Positions 18,139 to 28,103 are shown, counted from the stretch's first letter. The stretch: 46,455 bases of DNA from Amoebidium appalachense (GCA_963693365.1 CAVNZM010000035.1:1-46455); one strand, 5' to 3'. The notes: generated by a model not told the origin, from the letters alone. Numbers and translations: made by a program.

Positions 18139-20766
18139 ATGGCCACGCGGGGTTCAGACAGCAGCGGGCGGCGTGCGTCGCGCACGCCCGCCATGCCCCT
18201 GTACTCGGGGTCCCGGGCCAAGATCTACGCCGAGATGAAGGCACTGGTCGAGGGCGGGGACCAGGCAAAACTGCAGAGGGAGTCAAACAAGCAGGGCGTG
18301 GGGGGTGCGGTTCTGCAGGCGCAGACGCAGCCACTACCCGCACAGGAAAATTCCGTGGCGCTCCCTGCGTCGGGGGGGCGGGAGGCGGATGGGGGAAACG
18401 TGCGCGGAGGGATGGGTGGATACACCCGGGAGGCAGGCGGTAGGGTGGAGGATGAATATGTGCTCGTGAGCAATTCGATGAGCGAACCCGATTCAAAGGT
18501 GACCACAAAGCTCGCGCAGCGCGTGCACGGGGTGCGAGGGGTGCGGGTGGAGTCTGTGACTGTGCATGGGGGGGCAGAGGAGGGATTTATTGTCACGGCA
18601 GAAAACAACGGTGTTAACTGTCTGGTGCGAGACGCACCTTTCATTACTAGGTCACCAGCTGAGCCGCCGGCGAGTCGAGATATCAATATCAGCGTGGATA
18701 TCCCCGAAGGTCGCTACACGGTCGACGAGCTTTTGAAGACAATGGTGAAATGTATCAATCTGGAAATTGAAATGGCCTATGGATCAATAGAACAGGTTTA
18801 CGACAGAATGTCGATTGGTTATAAGAATTCAACTCTGAGCCCAGAGGTACTCATTCCTACAAAACCTCTAATACAGGACATATTCATCAATGGTACAGCT
18901 ATTCCACGTTTCATTCGGTGGGAGTGGAGGCCATATGAATGGGGCCGTCTAGTAGATTACACCATCACTTTCTTAGACCTACCTGACAACCAGAGCAGGT
19001 TAGTAGCAATGCAACATCCAAGACGGACAGAGAACGGCCCTTTGGCTGTTGGGACTACATCTGCTACTTTTCATGGATTGGTTGACATTACAAGGGATCG
19101 AGATTTTGGAGAGGGCATGGCAAGCGACAGGGCCATATTTGATACACCAAAAACTGGGTATTCAGAACCCCAACATGGTGCAAGTTACACTAGACTCCGA
19201 ATTCACTCGACCACAACACTGCCCGAGCCCAAGCCCTTAACAGCAATACCCTATGAGCTGCACGCGTGGTTGCAAGCTGGTGGGTACATGCCAGGGTCTC
19301 TTCTAAAACCACAAGAGCTTCATTCGATAACCATTATTGCCCGAAAAACGCTATCAAGCGCGACCCCGTTAGCACGAGTGCACAAGGGACTCCTTTTTGG
19401 TTTACCTCTTTATAATAATACGAACAATACTGACCAGGTGGACTATACAATTGAGCATGTACTTTGGGAGAGTATGCTGTATCGGTTCTTTTGGAAATTT
19501 TGCGGTGGTGTATCAGATGGTTCTGATAGACACACGATATACAAGGTGGAGATTGACGGATTCTACATTTACTACATATCGAATTCCCGAACCCCTGGGA
19601 CCGATGTTCCTGTGGGCACCACCGTGGAGGTGCAAACACAACAATTGCAATTCAGTGTTCACGCGTTTGAAGTCAGCTTATCACCCTGCAACCCACATGT
19701 TGACAATAGAATCGACTTATCCAAGATCACGCGTGACTTCAGAATGCCATTCTACCTAGATGTAAAATCTTCAACAGAACTTGCAGAGGTGTGCCTAAGG
19801 GAAAGAAAAACTGTGCCAGCTAACGAGTATGTCTACGAAGCATTTCGCTTTCCCGAAGCACCGTATGATAACTCAACAACTATTAAGCGGCCATGGATGG
19901 AAGCCTATGGTGCTGAGTATTTTGCGCTGATGTACGCATTCCCAGCATCCAGTGCAGATATTTCTTGGAAAAGGCTTGGTGAGGATCTCATGACAGTGTA
20001 CCGAAGAATGAGGTTCCAACAATTGGGTGATTCTAACGTGCTGAATACCTACACCGTTTTTGTTCGTCCTAATTGGGAAAAGGCCCTGTTATGGAACAAC
20101 GAGTCCCTGTATCTTCGCCATCTGGTTCATGTGTCGCCACATTGGTTCAACACACCAGTACATGTAGAGCTCGATGGCCCCCTTTGCAGAGCCCTCGGTA
20201 TATCAGAGCCAACGAAAAAAATATACTCGACTCGTGTTTATACATTCTTCAACCAGTTTGTGGATGATTTAGATGTTCCCGCACCTCTTAACCTAACAGT
20301 TAATACCAGTACCCCCTTCTACCAAAGGGCGTTCCTCCAAAACAGCACCCTGGATAGGGTGGGGATTGTGCAGTTTCGCCCGCCCAAGAGATACTTTTAC
20401 ACTGACGGACATGACGTTGTAGTTCCGTGCCCCAGGCCTGCCCCTGCCACCCTCCTCTTCTTTGTAACGATAGACGGAGTCTTCGGCAAGGGCGTGAGCT
20501 GGAGCCGACCGTCGGTTCGGTCGGACTCTCCAGCCGTCGATACCACAGCCTCGAACAGCAGCGACTACGCCGGCCGCTCCCGCCCGGGTCTGACGTACGT
20601 GCTGGTGCGTGACGGCCACACGGTGCGCGCGGACCTCCTGAGCTCGCACGGGCAGATGTGGCTCATGCACCGCACCGCGGCCACGTCCGTGTCAGTCGAG
20701 GTGCGTGATTTGGAAGACAACCTCGTGGTCGGTCGGTACACGGTGCTGTTGCGACTCGTCAAGTAG
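18139..20766 (+). CDS. Penton-like protein with a large internal insertion domain
   Basis: VRGVRVESV...IPEGRYTVDELL at the N end and SVSVEVRD..NLV at the C end; parallels 1121-2479. Confidence 0.6.
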   Translation: MATRGSDSSGRRASRTPAMPLYSGSRAKIYAEMKALVEGGDQAKLQRESNKQGVGGAVLQAQTQPLPAQENSVALPASGGREADGGNVRGGMGGYTREAGGRVEDEYVLVSNSMSEPDSKVTTKLAQRVHGVRGVRVESVTVHGGAEEGFIVTAENNGVNCLVRDAPFITRSPAEPPASRDINISVDIPEGRYTVDELLKTMVKCINLEIEMAYGSIEQVYDRMSIGYKNSTLSPEVLIPTKPLIQDIFINGTAIPRFIRWEWRPYEWGRLVDYTITFLDLPDNQSRLVAMQHPRRTENGPLAVGTTSATFHGLVDITRDRDFGEGMASDRAIFDTPKTGYSEPQHGASYTRLRIHSTTTLPEPKPLTAIPYELHAWLQAGGYMPGSLLKPQELHSITIIARKTLSSATPLARVHKGLLFGLPLYNNTNNTDQVDYTIEHVLWESMLYRFFWKFCGGVSDGSDRHTIYKVEIDGFYIYYISNSRTPGTDVPVGTTVEVQTQQLQFSVHAFEVSLSPCNPHVDNRIDLSKITRDFRMPFYLDVKSSTELAEVCLRERKTVPANEYVYEAFRFPEAPYDNSTTIKRPWMEAYGAEYFALMYAFPASSADISWKRLGEDLMTVYRRMRFQQLGDSNVLNTYTVFVRPNWEKALLWNNESLYLRHLVHVSPHWFNTPVHVELDGPLCRALGISEPTKKIYSTRVYTFFNQFVDDLDVPAPLNLTVNTSTPFYQRAFLQNSTLDRVGIVQFRPPKRYFYTDGHDVVVPCPRPAPATLLFFVTIDGVFGKGVSWSRPSVRSDSPAVDTTASNSSDYAGRSRPGLTYVLVRDGHTVRADLLSSHGQMWLMHRTAATSVSVEVRDLEDNLVVGRYTVLLRLVK

Positions 20767-20811
20767 GCGGGCGTTGTGAACCAAAATAGCTCCCACGGCG
20801 CGACGCAGCAT

Positions 20812-21072
20812 ATGTTTTTGCGCCTTCTGCAAATGTTACCGGAAAGCACGGGCATCACAGACCACCACGTCAAGGCCATGATCGGCCAGGACCTCTACAA
20901 GCGCTTCCCCTCGGCGGATCCCGAGTGGATCAAGCGCGTCACCGACTACAACATGAAGTACGTCATGTGCTCGTACGCCGGCCAGTGCAAGGGCCTGGTT
21001 CCCGGGCGCAAGAAGCCCAAGCGGGGCTGCTGCCGCAAGCGGCGGTGCTGGAAGAGCTTCAAGAAGCCCTAA
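20812..21072 (+). CDS. Small basic Cys-containing protein
   Basis: 86 aa, K/R-rich C-terminus. Confidence 0.6.
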   Translation: MFLRLLQMLPESTGITDHHVKAMIGQDLYKRFPSADPEWIKRVTDYNMKYVMCSYAGQCKGLVPGRKKPKRGCCRKRRCWKSFKKP

Positions 21073-21119
21073 AAAGGCGCGGCCGTTGAGCGGCCAACGC
21101 TACATTGTGGGCCCCCAGT

Positions 21120-21629
21120 ATGCATCAACGAAAACGCAAAGCCAGAGGGCGCGGCTGCGCTTGCCGGGCACGACGGCTCGAGACGTGCGTGCGGCGGACG
21201 TCGACGCGGCACAGCAAGGTGCCGGTGTTCCTGATCCCCGAGTGCTCGAAGACGCACATGGTGACGGTGCGCGTGGCGGGGCAGAAGAAGACGTTCAAGC
21301 TGGTGTACGATGTGGGGTCTGAGAACAGCTACGTCGACTTGGAGGTGGCCAACGGCTGGGGCCTAATGGACGGGCGCAAGCCGCTGGTGCCGTACACGGA
21401 GTCCAACACCATCGACTCGAACGGCAACATCCACAAGAGTGTGCGCCTGACCAAGGTCACGCTCGAGATCCTGTGCCCTGACAACCAGTGGCGGCCGTGC
21501 GAGGGCGCGCTCGAGGTGTGCCTTGACCGCAAGGTCAACAAGCACGGGCGGCTGTTTGGGGTCAGCCACCTGCGGACGCTGCGGGACCGCGTGCGGTACG
21601 TGGTCGACTACCAGGTGTGCCGGCGCTGA
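21120..21629 (+). CDS. Retropepsin-like aspartic protease
   Basis: LVYDVGSENSYV (DxG motif) and late RLFG motif; basic N-terminus. Confidence 0.55.
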   Translation: MHQRKRKARGRGCACRARRLETCVRRTSTRHSKVPVFLIPECSKTHMVTVRVAGQKKTFKLVYDVGSENSYVDLEVANGWGLMDGRKPLVPYTESNTIDSNGNIHKSVRLTKVTLEILCPDNQWRPCEGALEVCLDRKVNKHGRLFGVSHLRTLRDRVRYVVDYQVCRR

Positions 21630-21687
21630 GCGCACAGGCAATAAACAGCGCCAACCCGTGGCGGTGGCATTAATGTAGCCCTTCTCA

Positions 21688-22467
21688 ATGGACAGTTCGC
21701 ACTCGGAGCTCGCCCTTGCAATCGTGTGTTTGGCGGTGGTCTACCTGTACGTGAGTTCGCACGAAGGCAATCCGTTCTATCAGGCCTGGGGGTTTGACAA
21801 CCCGGACCCTCCACCCAAGCCCGCCCCGCCCCTGTCCCCCGCAGACTTCCAGCCTAACCTGAACCTCGACAGGAACACCCTTTATGCACCGCACGCCGGG
21901 GCCACTGACGCCCTCGGCCTCAATCGGCCGTTCAACCCCCTCGACCGTCTCAACACCAAGGTCATGGAGGTGCCCCATGACGAGCACTACGGCAGATTCC
22001 GCTACCTCTCGCCCTACCAACGGCAGAAGCCCTTCGACGACGCCGCCAACGCCGCCGACCGCACACCCCTCCCCCAGACCGTGGCCGTGCTGGCAGGTGC
22101 TGCCGTCGACGGCCATGTGCATCCCGAGGAACAGCAGTCGCGCAGCAACTACATGCGTGAGCTGTACCGCACACGCACGCGCGCGCCAGTGTACAACGGC
22201 AACATGCGCAACGAGGGAGCCCGGCCGGAGGCCGTGCTGAACAGCAGGGAGGATGCACAGCAGGGCGTGCGGCCGCCGCTACCGACATACGCGACAAACC
22301 CGGCACGCGTGGACCCAGAGAAGGTGGTGCATGCACGCAGGGGGATCCGCACACACGACTTTGCCGAGATCCGCGGGCTGGCGAACACGGACGCGCCGAT
22401 GATGCCCATCCCGGACATGGTGGCGGGGCCAACGCTGCCGCAGGAGTTCAACGTCAAGGTCAGATAG
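21688..22467 (+). CDS. N-terminally anchored Pro-rich virion or minor capsid-like protein
   Basis: TM at residues about 8-23 followed by a low-complexity chain. Confidence 0.6.
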   Translation: MDSSHSELALAIVCLAVVYLYVSSHEGNPFYQAWGFDNPDPPPKPAPPLSPADFQPNLNLDRNTLYAPHAGATDALGLNRPFNPLDRLNTKVMEVPHDEHYGRFRYLSPYQRQKPFDDAANAADRTPLPQTVAVLAGAAVDGHVHPEEQQSRSNYMRELYRTRTRAPVYNGNMRNEGARPEAVLNSREDAQQGVRPPLPTYATNPARVDPEKVVHARRGIRTHDFAEIRGLANTDAPMMPIPDMVAGPTLPQEFNVKVR

Positions 22468-22523
22468 AGTCACAGAACAGTGGCGGGTCCTTGCAGTCAT
22501 GGATTTTATTGTCGACATGAGCA

Positions 22524-22783
22524 ATGGCCATATGCTACACGCGCAAGACCAAATCGGCGTTCAATCGTCCCGTCAAGCTCAATCCCCCCTCAAGGGCTTC
22601 ATGCACAAGTCGTCGGCCACGCGTGGACAGATCGTAAAGGCGGTGTGGGCGTACGCCAAGAAGAAAGGTCTTGCCGAAGGCCAAAAGATCAAGGTGGACC
22701 GCGCCCTTGCCCCACTGTTTCCCAAGATGGCCAACGCCAAGTTCGGCGACATCGCACGCATGATCAGCAGGTTCAGTGGTTGA
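22524..22783 (+). CDS. SWIB/MDM2 domain protein with one missing base in a C6 run (22584-22589)
   Basis: MAICYTRKTKSAFNRPVKLNPP joins LKGFM..ATRGQIVKAVWAYAKKKGL...IKVDRALAPLF. Confidence 0.8.
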
Positions 22784-22821
22784 AGCACGGTGCCTCCCAA
22801 TATTTTCCGTGGCCGCTATAA

Positions 22822-23649
22822 ATGCCCAAGTACGACAAAGCAAACATCACAAACACCACCAACCTGGTGCTGAAAAAGGCCACCGGCCCCACATCAGAGA
22901 ATGACGTCAAGGCCGCAAAGCACTTGTTGATCAGGCAGAAGAAGGACTATGCGCGCGAGATGTGCGTGTCGGCGCCGGTCGCCGACCGGGCCTCGCTCTA
23001 TGTATGGCGTGGCCTGTATGCCGTCCAGCAGGTCGTCGGTTCCTGCAAGGGGCGCCTGCAGCCATTGGACGCAGTTGGGTTTATTCTTGGATGCGTCATC
23101 AATCTCGGTGTCGACATCAACAAAAACGGCGCCAAGGGATCCGCACTCGACGAGGCCACCGATGTGAGCGTGTTCAAGGTGGCCGAGGACGTCTACTCGC
23201 GCATCCGCATGGCCATGTTCGGGTCTTTCCCTGATGACTTCTCGTCCCTCGAGGCAAGCTCCAGCTGCAGGGAGCCGTGGATCATCGAGGACCTGGATAA
23301 GTACGCGTGCAAGTGGCGAATCGGTCTGGACGAGGCGTCCAAGATCCAGACCTACCTTATAGAGTTGGAGGAGCTGGTGCGAAAGAAAACCCCCGACACG
23401 CTGATGGCGCTTCCTGACTGGTATCAGCCCAACGAGTTGGACAAGGACATCCTGTCATGGTTTGGGGAGTACGGCGTGCTTCCACTGGACATCACGCTGT
23501 TCAGCGAGGACCTCTACCGGCGTGTACGCTACATACTCTTCCAGAGATGTAACGTGCGCACAAACGAGACCCTCGACTACGATGCACAGCTGGCTCTCTT
23601 CCATGCGGAGCAAACGAAGCTGGCCAACGTTGCCCGGCGCTGTGTGTGA
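22822..23649 (+). CDS. Hypothetical protein, AEDxY paralog family member 1
   Basis: KVAEDVYSRIR and SEDLYRRVR; TATAAATG start. Confidence 0.75.
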   Translation: MPKYDKANITNTTNLVLKKATGPTSENDVKAAKHLLIRQKKDYAREMCVSAPVADRASLYVWRGLYAVQQVVGSCKGRLQPLDAVGFILGCVINLGVDINKNGAKGSALDEATDVSVFKVAEDVYSRIRMAMFGSFPDDFSSLEASSSCREPWIIEDLDKYACKWRIGLDEASKIQTYLIELEELVRKKTPDTLMALPDWYQPNELDKDILSWFGEYGVLPLDITLFSEDLYRRVRYILFQRCNVRTNETLDYDAQLALFHAEQTKLANVARRCV

Positions 23650-23672
23650 TATCTTTTCTTGTCCACAAATAA

Positions 23673-24281
23673 ATGCGCAGGAACACTAAACTGACGGAAG
23701 CATCACGCGTGCTGCCTGTTCCCGTGTCCACCAGTAACCTGGAGTTGGAGGTGAAGGCGCTCGAGTCGCTCATCGGTCGTGCTGGGCGTCTGGGGATGCC
23801 AGGTGACAGCGCCAAGCGCAAGGCACCAGCCAAGCATGCGACCGTCGGCCACCCCCCAAAGAAACCCAAGCTTGCGACCGCCATGCGTCCTCTGAAACCA
23901 ATGGGGACCATGCGGGTGAGCGTTGCCCCCAAGGCCGCCTCCAGGAGGCCGGTTTCTAAACCCGTTCAAGCCCCAACCAAGGCAATGGCAACCAGGAAGC
24001 CCACTGCCGCCCCCAAGTCCAGACCTGCCGCAACCATGCGTGTTCGCTCGAGCTCGCGGAAAGGGGGAAGCTGCGGGCCTGGCACCGTAAGCGTAGGCGG
24101 TGAATGCGTGTTGGCCACCCCAAAGAACGTCTTGGGCTACTGTGGCGTTAAGCCGGGTCGGGCACCTCCCCCCCCCCCGACTACAGCCGCGAGTCTGTTG
24201 CCCACGGCACTGAAATCATCGAGTTGCTGGGAACAAGCGTCGCTTCTCAAGGGTCTGGGCAGGCCACAAACCTGGGTTTGA
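23673..24281 (+). CDS. Basic K/P/A-rich (histone H1-like) protein
   Basis: Composition; TAAATG start. Confidence 0.6.
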   Translation: MRRNTKLTEASRVLPVPVSTSNLELEVKALESLIGRAGRLGMPGDSAKRKAPAKHATVGHPPKKPKLATAMRPLKPMGTMRVSVAPKAASRRPVSKPVQAPTKAMATRKPTAAPKSRPAATMRVRSSSRKGGSCGPGTVSVGGECVLATPKNVLGYCGVKPGRAPPPPPTTAASLLPTALKSSSCWEQASLLKGLGRPQTWV

Positions 24282-24373
24282 GCGCCGCAACGGGCTCGTT
24301 CGCTGAAAGCATCCCAGGGAGTACCTTCCCCATACTGTTCATCATCCAGGCCGACAGCGTGAACTAGGGCTCC

Positions 24374-24387
24374 CGCAGGTATATAAG
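24374..24387 (+). promoter_or_regulatory. Early-type TATA box
   Basis: CGCAGGTATATAAG, TATA 41 nt upstream of ATG 24421. Confidence 0.75.
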
Positions 24388-24420
24388 GCGCGTCCGCGGC
24401 ACACTTTCTTGCCAACTAGC

Positions 24421-25407
24421 ATGTCAGCGGACGAGCGCAAGCGCCCGATGCGCGCGCCCTACCGGTCCAAGAAGGGCTGCGAGGCAGACAAGCAGTATGT
24501 GCAGCACGTGGCCCAGAACGACATGGAGTCGCGTGTGGACGTGCGCATGGCCGAGTTTGCCAAGCGCCGCAGGATCGGCGACGCCGCTGTTGTCCAGGAG
24601 GAGGTTGAGTTCCTTCTCGACACCCTGCCCTACATGCTTAAGCACTACGAGTGCAGCGACAGGGATTCGAGGAGGGAGGTGTATCGCGACTACCTGACCC
24701 ATGTGGAGGACGTGCAGGACCGTGCTCCCCGCCGCGAGCCCGATCCCTGCCCCGCGTGCGGCGTCGGCCTGCTGGACAAGATGAGGGAGATGTACGTGTG
24801 CGACGAGTGCGGTGAGGCCGTGCCCGGGTTCTGTGAGTTCAACAAGTCGGTGTTCAAGATGCCCCCACCCCGCAGCCAGCGCCAACAGGTATACAAGCCG
24901 CTCAACCATTTCAACGAGACGCTCGTGCACTTCCAGGGCAAGGAGACCACAGACATACCGGTTGACGTCATCGAGTTTGTCAGGGACGCGGCCACGCTGC
25001 ACTACCCCATGGAACGCATCACGCACGCACATGTCAAGAAGCTCCTGAGAAGCCGCAAGCTCAACCGCTACTACCGCAACATCCCCAGCATCATGCAGAG
25101 CGCATTTGGCATTCAGTGCCCGCAGTTCAACCCCGAGCAGCTGGACCGCCTGCGCGACATGTTCATGCAGACGCAGGGCGTGTTCAAGGACGCGTGCGAT
25201 GACAGGATCAACTTCCTCTCGGTCAACTACCTGCTGTTCAAGTTCTGCGAGCTGCTCCAGTGGGGCGCCTATCTACCCCACATACCCCTGCTAAAGTCTG
25301 CAGACAAACTCTGTGACCACGACCGCACATGGCAGGCCATCTGTGCAAAGCTGGGCTGGTCGTTTATTAAAACACGGACAACCCCGCGTTGTCTCATGAC
25401 CGTGTAG
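24421..25407 (+). CDS. VLTF3: Viral late transcription factor 3 (poxvirus A2-like)
   Basis: CxxC...CxxCG zinc ribbon, YKPLNHFNE..HFQGKE, RINFLSVNYLLFKFCELL, LLKSADKL..HD..W..IC..LGW. Confidence 0.93.
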   Translation: MSADERKRPMRAPYRSKKGCEADKQYVQHVAQNDMESRVDVRMAEFAKRRRIGDAAVVQEEVEFLLDTLPYMLKHYECSDRDSRREVYRDYLTHVEDVQDRAPRREPDPCPACGVGLLDKMREMYVCDECGEAVPGFCEFNKSVFKMPPPRSQRQQVYKPLNHFNETLVHFQGKETTDIPVDVIEFVRDAATLHYPMERITHAHVKKLLRSRKLNRYYRNIPSIMQSAFGIQCPQFNPEQLDRLRDMFMQTQGVFKDACDDRINFLSVNYLLFKFCELLQWGAYLPHIPLLKSADKLCDHDRTWQAICAKLGWSFIKTRTTPRCLMTV

Positions 25408-25427
25408 ATGCTTGTGTCTTGTCGTGT

Positions 25428-25640
25428 CTACCACTTGCTGCGCCACGCCTCGCACAGTCGTCGGCGAATGTGACGCCGCATGTTGCCGAGCTTTGCAGCC
25501 GCGATGGTTCTCGCAAACCCCCGGGGCATACATCCGGGACTAGTCTCTTGGATCTGGTTGGTCAGAAGCGCAAGCGCCTTGTTTTCTCCCGGTACTGACG
25601 CGCCGCGCCGCCGGTGGTGTCGTCTGCGTGTTGTTGCCAT
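25428..25640 (-). CDS. Small Arg-rich protein
   Basis: MATTRRRHHRRRG, 70 aa. Confidence 0.55.
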   Translation of the reverse strand: MATTRRRHHRRRGASVPGENKALALLTNQIQETSPGCMPRGFARTIAAAKLGNMRRHIRRRLCEAWRSKW

Positions 25641-25693
25641 CTGTATGACGGGCTGATCATTTTTTCTCAACATCCCCTGCGCCCTTTTTTTGT

Positions 25694-26251
25694 ATGGCAT
25701 TGCTAATGGAAGCTGCCTCGTTTAATGCATGCCTCGATGAGCTTTGCGCCAAGCTCCAGACCGCGTTCCCCGACCTTCCGGAGATCGCCCAGGCAAGGTC
25801 CATCGCGGCCTCCACAGCTGAAGTCAGCCCGGACATGCCCCCTCAGGTCTTTGCGGCTCAGATAGCGCCGTTCATGCCGCAGGTCGCCGCCAAGGACTGG
25901 TCGTTTCTTGAGGGCGACCACTCTCCACTCCAACAGATGGGGCTGCACGCGGCATGGACTCGCATGCACCCCATTACCAAGGCTGCCGTAGTCGAGTATG
26001 TCGAGCGCCTGGTCGTGTACAGTGGTGCGACAGCTGCACCAGTCCCGTCCACGCAGGTCCTGGACCATGCCGGCCAGCTCCCGCCACTCGACCCGGCCAC
26101 CATGTCGAACATCTTCAACATCGCGAAGGCCGCCACCTCAAACATGACCGACGATGACGCCCGCGCCCTGCTTGAGAACCGGGACCCGGCCAAACTCGGT
26201 CAGCTGTGTTTCAGCATCCTCGACAGCCTCACCGCAAACGTGCCGACGTGA
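25694..26251 (+). CDS. Conserved NCLDV hypothetical protein
   Basis: FN..LDEL..AFP...PF..QVAAKD.SFL...W...TK.AV.EY..RL pattern recalled from algal and mimivirus conserved proteins. Confidence 0.7.
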   Translation: MALLMEAASFNACLDELCAKLQTAFPDLPEIAQARSIAASTAEVSPDMPPQVFAAQIAPFMPQVAAKDWSFLEGDHSPLQQMGLHAAWTRMHPITKAAVVEYVERLVVYSGATAAPVPSTQVLDHAGQLPPLDPATMSNIFNIAKAATSNMTDDDARALLENRDPAKLGQLCFSILDSLTANVPT

Positions 26252-26480
26252 AGCAGCTTGACGTGTTGTGGGCCAGTGTGTAGAAATGCTTGAGGGTGAG
26301 TCGGTCAAACAGGCCGGTGGTGGCCGATCGGTACTTGATTTCCTGGAAGATGTGCACCAACAGCTCAAACTCTTGATCAAGGGGGGGCGGCAGGGGCTCC
26401 CTCTCGTCCTCCGACTCCGTTTCACTTGGCACAGGGGTGCCGAGGTAGGCCAGAAGTTCGAATTCGTCGTAGGCCACCAT
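26229..26480 (-). CDS. Small hypothetical protein
   Basis: MVAYDEFELL..., TATA about 35-40 nt upstream. Confidence 0.6.
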   Translation of the reverse strand: MVAYDEFELLAYLGTPVPSETESEDEREPLPPPLDQEFELLVHIFQEIKYRSATTGLFDRLTLKHFYTLAHNTSSCFTSARLR

Positions 26481-26511
26481 TGTCGAGACTGGCCGGGTGT
26501 GGTGGCGTCGA

Positions 26512-26525
26512 GGGTATTTATACCC
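26512..26525. promoter_or_regulatory. Bidirectional near-palindromic TATA element
   Basis: GGGTATTTATACCC between divergent ATGs at 26480 and 26551. Confidence 0.65.
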
Positions 26526-26550
26526 GCGACCCCCCCCCCGGCTCCCGCAA

Positions 26551-26853
26551 ATGGAGGCAAGGCATGTCGACCACATCATCCCCTGCGGCATGTTTGTGCT
26601 CCCCATGCGCAAGTGGACGCTCCTAAGGGCCTCCTGTGCACGGCTGGGCATCGAGGCCGCCGTGGGGCCGGGGTACGTGCACAGCTGGGTGCCGGGACTG
26701 CTGGGCATCCTTGAGCGCGCACGGGGAGGGGGTAGGCCGCGGCTGCTGCTGCTGCACGCCACGCCCGAGTACGCGTCCTGGGTGGCGGGTTTGTGCGCCC
26801 CGCTGGGAGTGGTGGTCGCAACAGATGGGCCGCGTGTGTTCGTCACCGGTTGA
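26551..26853 (+). CDS. Hypothetical protein
   Basis: 100 aa from ATG 26551. Confidence 0.55.
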   Translation: MEARHVDHIIPCGMFVLPMRKWTLLRASCARLGIEAAVGPGYVHSWVPGLLGILERARGGGRPRLLLLHATPEYASWVAGLCAPLGVVVATDGPRVFVTG

Positions 26854-26871
26854 TTTATTGTTGGGTTTAAC

Positions 26872-27576
26872 ATGGAGCAGTTTGTGGCCAGTCTTAGGGC
26901 CAACGCCGCCAACAAGAAGCTGCCCATCGAGTTGTCGCCCACCACCCTGGCGGAATTGTTCAAGCGGCCGTGCCAGGTGTGCAACCGCGCCGAGGCCGAG
27001 CGGACCCACCGTAACGTGGCACTGTGCCTCTACAAGCGCGGCTACGTCCACGGGAACGTGCGTCCCGTGTGCACCGTCTGCCACCGGATCCGCCACGGCC
27101 TGCGCACCACGCAGCTCGCCGCCCTCGCCGCACACACGCTGTTGCACTGCCCGCTGGTCAAACGCGCGCTGGGGCGCTCGGCTGCTGGCGTCAAGCGGCT
27201 CGCAAAGGCCCTTGCCACTCGCAGGGCGTACAGGCAGCCCCCGTCATCGCGCGCATACAGCACAAACTACAACACGTACAGGTGCAGCGCCCGAAAGCGC
27301 TGCGACACAGAAAATGGCCGGCGCTGCCCTTCGTCCGTGTTCACGCTCACGCGAAAGCAGTTTGACGCCATTCGCAGGGAGCCCTGCTTCTACTGCGGCC
27401 TGGACCAGTCCAACGGCGTCGACCGGCTGTATCCGGCCGTGGGGTACACCGAGAGCAACAGCGTGCCCTGCTGCAAGACCTGCAACTACACAAAGAACGA
27501 TTTGCATCCCGGCGCATACATCCAGCACCTGGCCACTATCGTTCGGCACTGGGCTGCGAACCAGGGCGTGGCTTGA
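26872..27576 (+). CDS. HNH-type endonuclease with a duplicated zinc-binding module
   Basis: PCFYCG..NGVDRL...GY...NSVPCCKTCNYTK plus a degenerate N-terminal copy. Confidence 0.8.
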   Translation: MEQFVASLRANAANKKLPIELSPTTLAELFKRPCQVCNRAEAERTHRNVALCLYKRGYVHGNVRPVCTVCHRIRHGLRTTQLAALAAHTLLHCPLVKRALGRSAAGVKRLAKALATRRAYRQPPSSRAYSTNYNTYRCSARKRCDTENGRRCPSSVFTLTRKQFDAIRREPCFYCGLDQSNGVDRLYPAVGYTESNSVPCCKTCNYTKNDLHPGAYIQHLATIVRHWAANQGVA

Positions 27577-27916
27577 CCATCCAGGCCTCGTAGGGTTTCA
27601 GGGCCTCGCTGGGCCGCACCGCCGGCTTCTTCTTGCGCTGGTTCACGGCGTTGTGAACCCTCACGCCCCATTTGGACAGCGCATTCCTGTTCCGCAGGAT
27701 ACGCCGGCCAAGCTTGCATCTGGAGTGCCGTATGAGTTTGGCAAAGTGTCCACGGCACGCCCGGCATGGAAGAACGTTCACCAACGAGTTGAAGAAGCCT
27801 TCGTACTGCTCCTTGACGCGCGGTGTGGGGTTGTCCGGGTAGCCCAGGGTCACAGCATGGATGACTTTCCAGAAGTGCGGGCCCCAGCATCGCGATTTGA
27901 GGTTGGGTCGAGACAT
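27536..27916 (-). CDS. Erv1/Alr family sulfhydryl oxidase (E10R-like)
   Basis: WGPHFWKVIH, LPCRACRGHF, HNAVN. Confidence 0.95.
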   Translation of the reverse strand: MSRPNLKSRCWGPHFWKVIHAVTLGYPDNPTPRVKEQYEGFFNSLVNVLPCRACRGHFAKLIRHSRCKLGRRILRNRNALSKWGVRVHNAVNQRKKKPAVRPSEALKPYEAWMVKPRPGSQPSAER

Positions 27917-28006
27917 TACTTGTATGGACATAACGTTTGCATGCGGGCTACTGCTACAATGATATTTCTTGTAACCGCATGACCGCCACTAGCCTAGCTC
28001 CTTTCA

Positions 28007-28051
28007 TGACCCGTGGTCATGTTGGCAAGTTTAGGAAAAGGTGGTAGGTTC
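28007..28051. repeat. About 45-bp dispersed repeat; inverted copy at about 42610-42654
   Basis: TGACCCGTGGTC(A/G)TGTTGGCAAG(T/A)TTAGGAAA...TGGTAGGTT. Confidence 0.8.
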
Positions 28052-28103
28052 ACCTGTATCTGGCTGGCAAGTCGGACGTGAAATACAGGACGGCGCGTAT
28101 GCT

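Noticed and set aside
22584-22589. Programmed -1 frameshift in SWIB
   Set aside because: No canonical slippery heptamer or evident downstream structure; a homopolymer deletion is the simpler explanation.
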